Part shown: piece after piece, positions 38,346 through 64,000 of the stretch
Layout: each line of letters begins with the position of its first letter
Numbering within the stretch: the stretch's first letter is position 1
NCBI RefSeq assembly: GCF_964355755.1
Contig: NC_092675.1
Location: 23,160,912-23,224,911, forward strand
Reading direction: 5' to 3'
Length of the DNA stretch: 64,000 bases
Source of the DNA: Antedon mediterranea
Taxonomy: Eukaryota > Animalia > Echinodermata
The notes under the pieces: generated by a model
The model's input: the letters and a program-made list of their open reading frames with translations, nothing else
Database searches by the model: none
Told to the model about the DNA's origin: nothing
Made by a program: the position numbers and the translations under genes

Positions 38346-39901
38346 GTCGTGCCCATGGTTCTCAAATACACGGTAATTTCAGCGTAACAAAACTGGCGAT
38401 TTCAAATGTACGTACTGCAGGACTACAATACATTGTCGTTTACAGAAACGAATAAATAGACACGATGATTTATGTAGTCAACTAAAATTAGCACCCTGGG
38501 AATTACTTCCGAAGTGAGAAACTTATCACAAAATGAGTCCACATTTTTGATTTGGACTCATTTAAAGAAACCCAATTTGTGTTTTGTATGTAACATTAGG
38601 GTTGAGGGTGGGAAAGCGGATACGTACAAAGAGGAACAATTTTAAAATATATTCTTCATCCACTCAGTAACGAAATATTTTGTTCATGTTTTATAGGTCT
38701 GTAAGTAATATACCTCTCAATACAGTAAAACATTTGCGATTTAATACTTTGTTAAAACTGTCACTGTCATAATCGATTGAATAATATTTCACGATACACC
38801 ACTACGACGTTTATATTATTGGTAATTATCAATTAATACAAACGTTGAGAAGGAACTGTCAGTATAAAGTTTATTTGTATATAATAATGTGTTTATATAT
38901 CTAACAGTAGAGCCTATCCACAATCTCAGTAATAAAGTTTATTTGTATATATTTTTATACTACATCTAACAGTACGAACATTCACAGTAAGAAATGTTCG
39001 ATTCAAATGAGGACCAAAAATCGGGCCAAAAATAGTTAATAGGTATTTACAGTATTGTCACAGTATTGTTCAAGTTTATTCTCAAAGGGCCCATATATTT
39101 ACCTACCGTATGTGTTAAACCCAGGGCTCATAAATTTACCTACTTGTGTTAAACCAAACTCTGGCAGACTGAGAGATTGGGATGTTCCATTCATCGCAAA
39201 TCAATACATTTGTATAATCGTATATTAAATCTATCAAAATAGTATTTTTTAAAGAAAATCGGCCTGTCTTCACATTATGATGCTGTACTCTAGCTGTTTA
39301 ACCGGTTTTCAGCTATTAAAAACAATTATCGTAGGAGGAGATAGGAAAATGCGAAGCCTCCTCGCATTTTTGTGGCGGGTATTTTTCAAGATGGACATCC
39401 ATTAGACAGTGTATACCACTTATTTAATTAGTAAACAGGGTTACATCAGGTGGTTAAAATCAGTACCGAAAGTACGAACCAACTTTATATACCATCGAGT
39501 TAAAATTCTAGAAGTAAGGCGCGATTTACCGAATATTGCCCTTACGTAAATTTATATATAGATAACTTATTTATTCAAATGCATTCAATTGAGATTGAAC
39601 AATTAATGCTCACGATATTGTCATGTTTTTCAGTAATTGGCTTTTGAAATTATAATAATACTATACTCTATAACTAACAATGGGAAACAAATATCAGTGA
39701 CTAATGTTTAATCGATACCCTCACTTTATCTGAGTTGAAATGGTAATTTCGTCCTTTTAATGTTTTAATGTTTTAATAGAAAAATACAATTACCAAACTA
39801 TCATTGATGTATATGCTTACCTGCAGAATTATGATGACTTGTCAATGTCTAGAACATGGACTAATTTATTGGCGATTTAGCGATTAAATGAAAGAGTTAC
39901 G

Positions 39902-42900
39902 ATGTCTAACTTCATGTGCATTTTACTATGCGTCTTTTTATGTGGTAAGACTTTTTTTTCAATTTAGTTATATATGTTCACACCTTTTCTAGCCATTTTA
40001 TATTCTTTAATAAGTTTCTTAACAATTTTAACTGAAGGAAAAAGTGATGAACGCCTGAAATAGTTTTTCTACATACAATAGGCCTAATGTATTTTAATTT
40101 TATTTCATCCTATATAAATATCCTGTGTAATATTTTACTACAAAGAGCAAGAAGTAGATCAGTATATAAAACTGTTATGTAAGTATAATGTTAACAAATA
40201 AAAGTTGGACGAGCCCTCGAAAAATGAGTGTCAATAGAGAAAATAAAAAAATGTTATTATAAGCCGAAAACAACTGGCGTACTTGCATAATATTTACCCG
40301 ATAATCGTACTGTATTATAGGGGCCTATGTCTAGCGACAATTAAACCACAAGAAGTTGCAATTTCTTGTCTACAAACTATAACGTTTCTCCTTCTATTTG
40401 TCTATATTAGGTTGTGTCTGCGGTAAATATACGTCTCGAAACAAAGACTACGAACATGAATGTTTGAGAACTTTTGAATATCCACCTCAACCTAAGATAT
40501 GCCATTACACCTTTGTAGTTGAATGGGTTCATTCGATGTCTGCAAATTGCTTCGATTGCCCATTTAATATCGATGATTGCTTTCTTAATGGATGTGTGAC
40601 GGGTGAAGGGACAGCCCGCGCACTTATTGCAACTAACGGATTGATGCCAGGGCCAAGTATACAGGTAAGAAAGAGATTTTAATTACGTATTTCTTTGAAA
40701 AAATGTACTCGCAGCCCTACCGCAGTTAATTATTGATTAATAAACACAATTCATAGTGTTATAAGGAGCGAGATAACGAGTTGCTGTCTGCCAGCACACT
40801 TGAACTTTTATTGTTTATCTTTGAATAATGTTTCGCAAATGAATTCTATATGCTCAATTTGTTTTTATATTTTGTCAAATTTTCCTGAAACTTTTAATTA
40901 TTTTCAAGCAAATTATGTCGCTATTATGATCCCCAAACTCTAAAAGGAATTAGGCCTACGACAAATTGTTTTTCGCTTGACTTGAATTATAAAATATCGC
41001 TGCCTTAGCTTCATGAATTAGTGTCATTACACCCATATTATTATTGTTATAATTGCACTGCTTACATCTGTAGTCTTTTCAGCGTCAATTCATTATATTT
41101 CTTTCAACTGCTGTGCTGTGTGCTTATGCAATTTAAATTGTTCACATTGTCAATAATATTTATAGGTTTGTCAATGGGACACAATACGTGTTAAAGTTAT
41201 TAATAATCTGCAAGATTATTTAGGTGTAACAATTCACTGGCATGGCATGTACCAAACTGGAACAAACTGGATGGACGGATCTTCAATGATAACTCATTGT
41301 CCCATAGCCCCAGCCTTTGTTTATACGTTTGTAGCATATCCCCCAGGCACTCACTGGTGGCACGGACATTCAGGTTTTCAGAGAAGTGATGGTTTTTATG
41401 ACTCAATTGTTATATGAAAGCCAAAAGAATTGGAGGAAGTTAGCAACGAATACGATATAGATCAGCCAGAGCATGTGATCCTTGTCTCTGATTGGAGATC
41501 ACCTTGGTCTTTACCAAGATGTGCAGCTATTTCCCCTTTAATTACACGATCCAGCGATATGACTAAACACTTAACGATGTTGATTAATGGAAGAGCAATT
41601 TGAACAAATTTCTTGGACAAAAATGGTTTTGAATATTTTACACCACCAGCTACGTTTAAAGTTGTCGAAGGGATGAGACATCGTTTTCGTTTCATCAACA
41701 GTGGATATGGTTTTTGTAATAATATACAAGTTTCTTTCTTTTAGGCTCCTCCACTTTATATTTATATATTTGTAAAGTGAAATAAATAAATGACATGAAA
41801 TGAAATATCTCTTGACGGATCCGATGTCTTACCGTATACAGCCGATTCGTTCATCATAAATCCGGATGAATGGTAGGTTTGTGACCGTGATCTTATCTGC
41901 AGTATATTGCTTCATGTCAAAACATTGAAAAAATATCTTTGATCAAATCGTTACGATTTGTGGAAATACAACTAAACTACCTTTAACATTGTGTTATTTT
42001 GGTGTGGATACTTCTGTATTCTAAGCCTATCCTATAATAAAATAATAATTAGAACAAATAAGCGAGGAAACCAAACTAAGTTTGTCATTATGTTGCGATT
42101 AGGCCTACTTGTTTTTCTACCAGAAATGTGAGAAGAACGTATGATTTCGATACACCTTTAAATAAGAAGGTGGCAAACTTAAAGTATACTATATTATAAA
42201 AACACAATTCAATTTATTTAAAAAAAAAGATATTTATATAATAATTGTAATTGTTTAAATGTAGGCCTAATGTATGCTATACATAATATTAGGCATTGGT
42301 TTGGTAAGTCAGGGATTCAGTAAATATAGTATTATAGTAATTGTTTAAATTTAATCTATACATAATAACATGATAGTAAAAAGATTTCTTGGTAGGCATA
42401 CACATTTGGTTTTTTAGGGAATTCAGTAATAACTAGTACATTTGAATTGTCCATACTCGTTTTTTTTGTAGAAAAACTATCCAAAATATCTGCACACTAT
42501 TCATTAAACGATATAAATTTGGCATTTGTTTTCTCTTAAACAGTTACGATGTCGTGTTTAACGCGAAGACAGATGACTATTCACCGTTTTGTCTGTTTTT
42601 CTACGGACTCCCAGAAACTGACTGTTCTGGAAATGGAACAGCCATAGTACGGTATAAAAATTCGCCTGAATACGGTATGTATTCCATGTGTAGGTCTAAT
42701 GATATTCCAACAGATAAAACCAGTCTTTCTTTTAAAAACACGTGTTCACTAGGTGAGTATATAATACGTATTGACAATTGTTGGATTTTATTTGATTTGA
42801 ATTTATTTTGCCCTTGAAGTGTGTCTTGATTTAGGCTTAAAAATTTTTTTTTGTGGGACTTTTAGTGGGATCGTGTCGTGTAACCCAAATGTTACTTCAA

Positions 42901-43767
42901 CACATGAATGGAATTATAATAGATAAATTCATTTATATACCCTAAATTATTTATGTTTGAAAAAATGATCAGTAGTGAGTAAACACGCCTCTAAACATAA
43001 TAGGCTACATTGTTATTAATATGACGTAAAACGATATTTTTAATTCAATCAATACCGAGGCCTGCTCTATTTGTGTTTTCTCAGATCATGTAGATCCTAA
43101 TTTGTACCATGTTGATTCAGAGTATTATGATAATAATGTAGCATTAAAATCATTTAATAAAAACATTAAAACTGTTTGTGGTGGACGTGAATATAATGTT
43201 GTTAAGAATCGGATAATTCAACGAATATACACAGGACATTGACTGTTCTCAAGAGATTTGTAAATGTACGAACATCATTACAGTGAAAGTTAGCCAGGTA
43301 CTGTAAGAATTTATTTTTGGATAATTTGGTCTAATTTTGGTACACGTGTTCATGTGTATACAGAATGTAAAAGTACAAAAATCAGTTTTAATTTTGGAAA
43401 AAAATATATATTTATATTAGGCCTATATATTTATATTTGAAATAAGTTGTTTTGCAATTAATATGTAAGGATAAATTCAGTAATCGGCGAGTTATTCGCT
43501 GTTGGATGCGTATAAAATAAAAATTCAAAAAACCACCAATTACTCAATTTATACTATAATCTCGATTTAATTTCGTAATTAAATTGAATTTTAGTAATAT
43601 AATTTAAAACGTACATGGTGTTAATTTGGAAATGGACGTTGAATACATTAGTTAGAAACAGTTTGTTTTTGTCTTATCTTGTTGAATTTACAGACAGGAA
43701 TGGCTGTGATACTTCAATGCCACCGGCAGATTTCCCAAGATGTGGGTCAACGGTGTTTGATGACTAG
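39902..43767 (+). pseudogene. Laccase-type multicopper oxidase pseudogene
   Basis: Signal-peptide exon 39902-39944; Cys-rich exon 40411-40663 ending NGLMPGPSIQ; exon from 41166 with TIHWHG and GTHWWHGH copper motifs, LINGR and HRFRFIN. In-frame TGA at 41415 and 41601; AT-rich insertion ~41735-41805. Terminal GMAVILQ / PPADFPRCG at ~43697-43746. HPxHLHG and HCHxxxH exons not found. Confidence 0.9.
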
Positions 43768-45129
43768 TTTAATTATCATAGAAGATAGATGGTTAACAAT
43801 ATAATTAGGAAATTTCGAATTTTGATTTGTTGTAAAGTTTTCATTTTGTCCGAGTATGTGTCAGACTAATTTCCATCTCGCTTCCATAATTCCTGTAGAG
43901 AGCGTTAATTAGACACCGGGATCTCGCTTCTCGATACTTTTTCTCTTTATTGTCCTGGCGGAGTTTACAACTCTCTGATTGACAAAAAAACCAATATTGG
44001 CCTACGATGTTCAAAAATGTTTTATTGGTCAAATTGCACTAAGGATAATACTACATTACTAACAAATAGTTGTGAACATTAATTGAATAATCTAATTATC
44101 TTGATTTGAGGCGCAGGCCGTTTTCACATACATTATAATTTACAAATTTGTGGGTGCATAATTTAAATATCGAGTAAATTTTTTTTTTAAGGTTGAAAAT
44201 ACTAAATACTAAATACAACTTCAGTTGTAGTAAACAAACGATTATTTTGAACTAACATACAGTTGAAATAAACAAAAGTTTGAAGGTCAGCTTATTGAAA
44301 AAAAACACACAATTATAGTTTACTTATAAGGAAATGTTCATTAAATTATAAAGTGATTTTAGATATCGTGTTAATGACACAAGTATTCGGAAAACTAACT
44401 AATTTTCAAATGGAGCATATTATAATAACACCACAAAAACAAAAATGCCATATCTTTTCACACAATATGTTTATGTTTATTCAAAATGAATTTTGATATT
44501 TATGAACATATTTGCGAAAAATTGTGATGTTATTATGTTTTCTTTAATTTAGTTTTATTAGTGTTCAAAATAATAAGAATTACATTTTTTAATTCAAGAG
44601 ATAAATCAAATATGAAACCCATTTTATTTTTTGTTATGAAAAAATCAATTGGTTTTTGGTTAACTTGATTTTAAAATGGATTGTTATTCTATTTAGTATA
44701 TGAATAAAATAATGCTGTGAATAAAATAAATACTTATACATTTAATTATGAGATGTCAGTTTTCTAACTATATTATTGCTACAATACACCAAAAGTTAAA
44801 ACAATAACTACATGGATTTAAAACTTGTTAACATACTTCACTGAATATTAAGGCAATATACTACACATGAACGGCACTTTTTTGACAACAGCACTTTGGA
44901 AATTACATGTTATTAAATCTTTACAATATTATTACAAAATAATAATGGTATGCTGGGGAATTGTACTATAATATGTGAAGATACGGTACTGAAAATCAGG
45001 TAAACATTGAGAGGATAATGCCTTTGATATACAAAGTGATTTAAAATGCAATTTTCCGTTTTTTTTAATGATTTCAATTAATCTATAATTTCTTATATAC
45101 AATATTAACAATTTATTATTGAATTTTGG

Positions 45130-63540
<18,411 letters not shown>

Positions 63541-64000
63541 CTGAAATAAAAATAAACATTTTTAAATTTACGCACTTAATGTGAACCTACACTTTGCTAA
63601 TTCTTAATGACAACATTGTGATGGGTGAGTATAAAACAACATGGAGGTTTTTGAAAAAAAAAAACATTTTGAAGAAAAAAACAATTATCAATGTTCCAAT
63701 ACATATTTCATTAATACTTCATCATCAGTTAAAGAGTTTTTGATTAGGCCCTCTATGAACCCATGTACACATAGGAATGATCCTCTACTCTTTTTAATAC
63801 AGGTTTTATGTTCTACACAATAGACAAGACAAATGTGTAAAGGATTTTGTCTACTGTAGGGATACAACCAATATATGGCAAAGACAAATCCCATGCTATG
63901 CTTATTTCTTTACCACTAGGCCATATTATTCTCATACTGGTTTACAAGAAAATAATAGAAAAAAAAACATTGTAACTAAATTATAATTTTGTACAGCAAA

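Noticed and set aside
41415-41603. Two in-frame TGA codons in the laccase as selenocysteine or readthrough
   Set aside because: They are not at Cys positions, the first fits CGA->TGA decay of a usual Arg, and the gene has other lesions (insertion, missing copper-site exons).

Overview
AT-rich, intron-rich animal genomic DNA, probably a marine invertebrate such as an echinoderm (inferred from gene content and abundant TAGGCCTA octamers). Genes left to right: (1) the first two coding exons of POLR3A/RPC1 on the minus strand, missed by the ORF track; (2) head-to-head with it, a ~25 kb, ~52-exon plus-strand gene for a ~3,400 aa secreted protein (signal peptide, C-type lectin, Cys-rich/EGF modules, about 18-20 FN3/Ig-like repeats, one carbohydrate-binding-like module, no visible TM); (3) a two-exon type II membrane mucin-like gene with a broken duplicate of its promoter and exon 1; (4) a decayed laccase/multicopper oxidase pseudogene; (5) the 3' 18 exons of focal adhesion kinase (PTK2), with a natural Phe at the Y925-equivalent site and candidate cassette micro-exons. 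Non-coding DNA carries several MITE/foldback elements, a 36-bp hairpin micro-insertion, three copies of a tRNA-headed SINE-like family, tandem duplications, and three Penelope-type minimal hammerhead ribozyme motifs, each with one core mutation. All calls were made by eye; exon boundaries in the giant gene are approximate.
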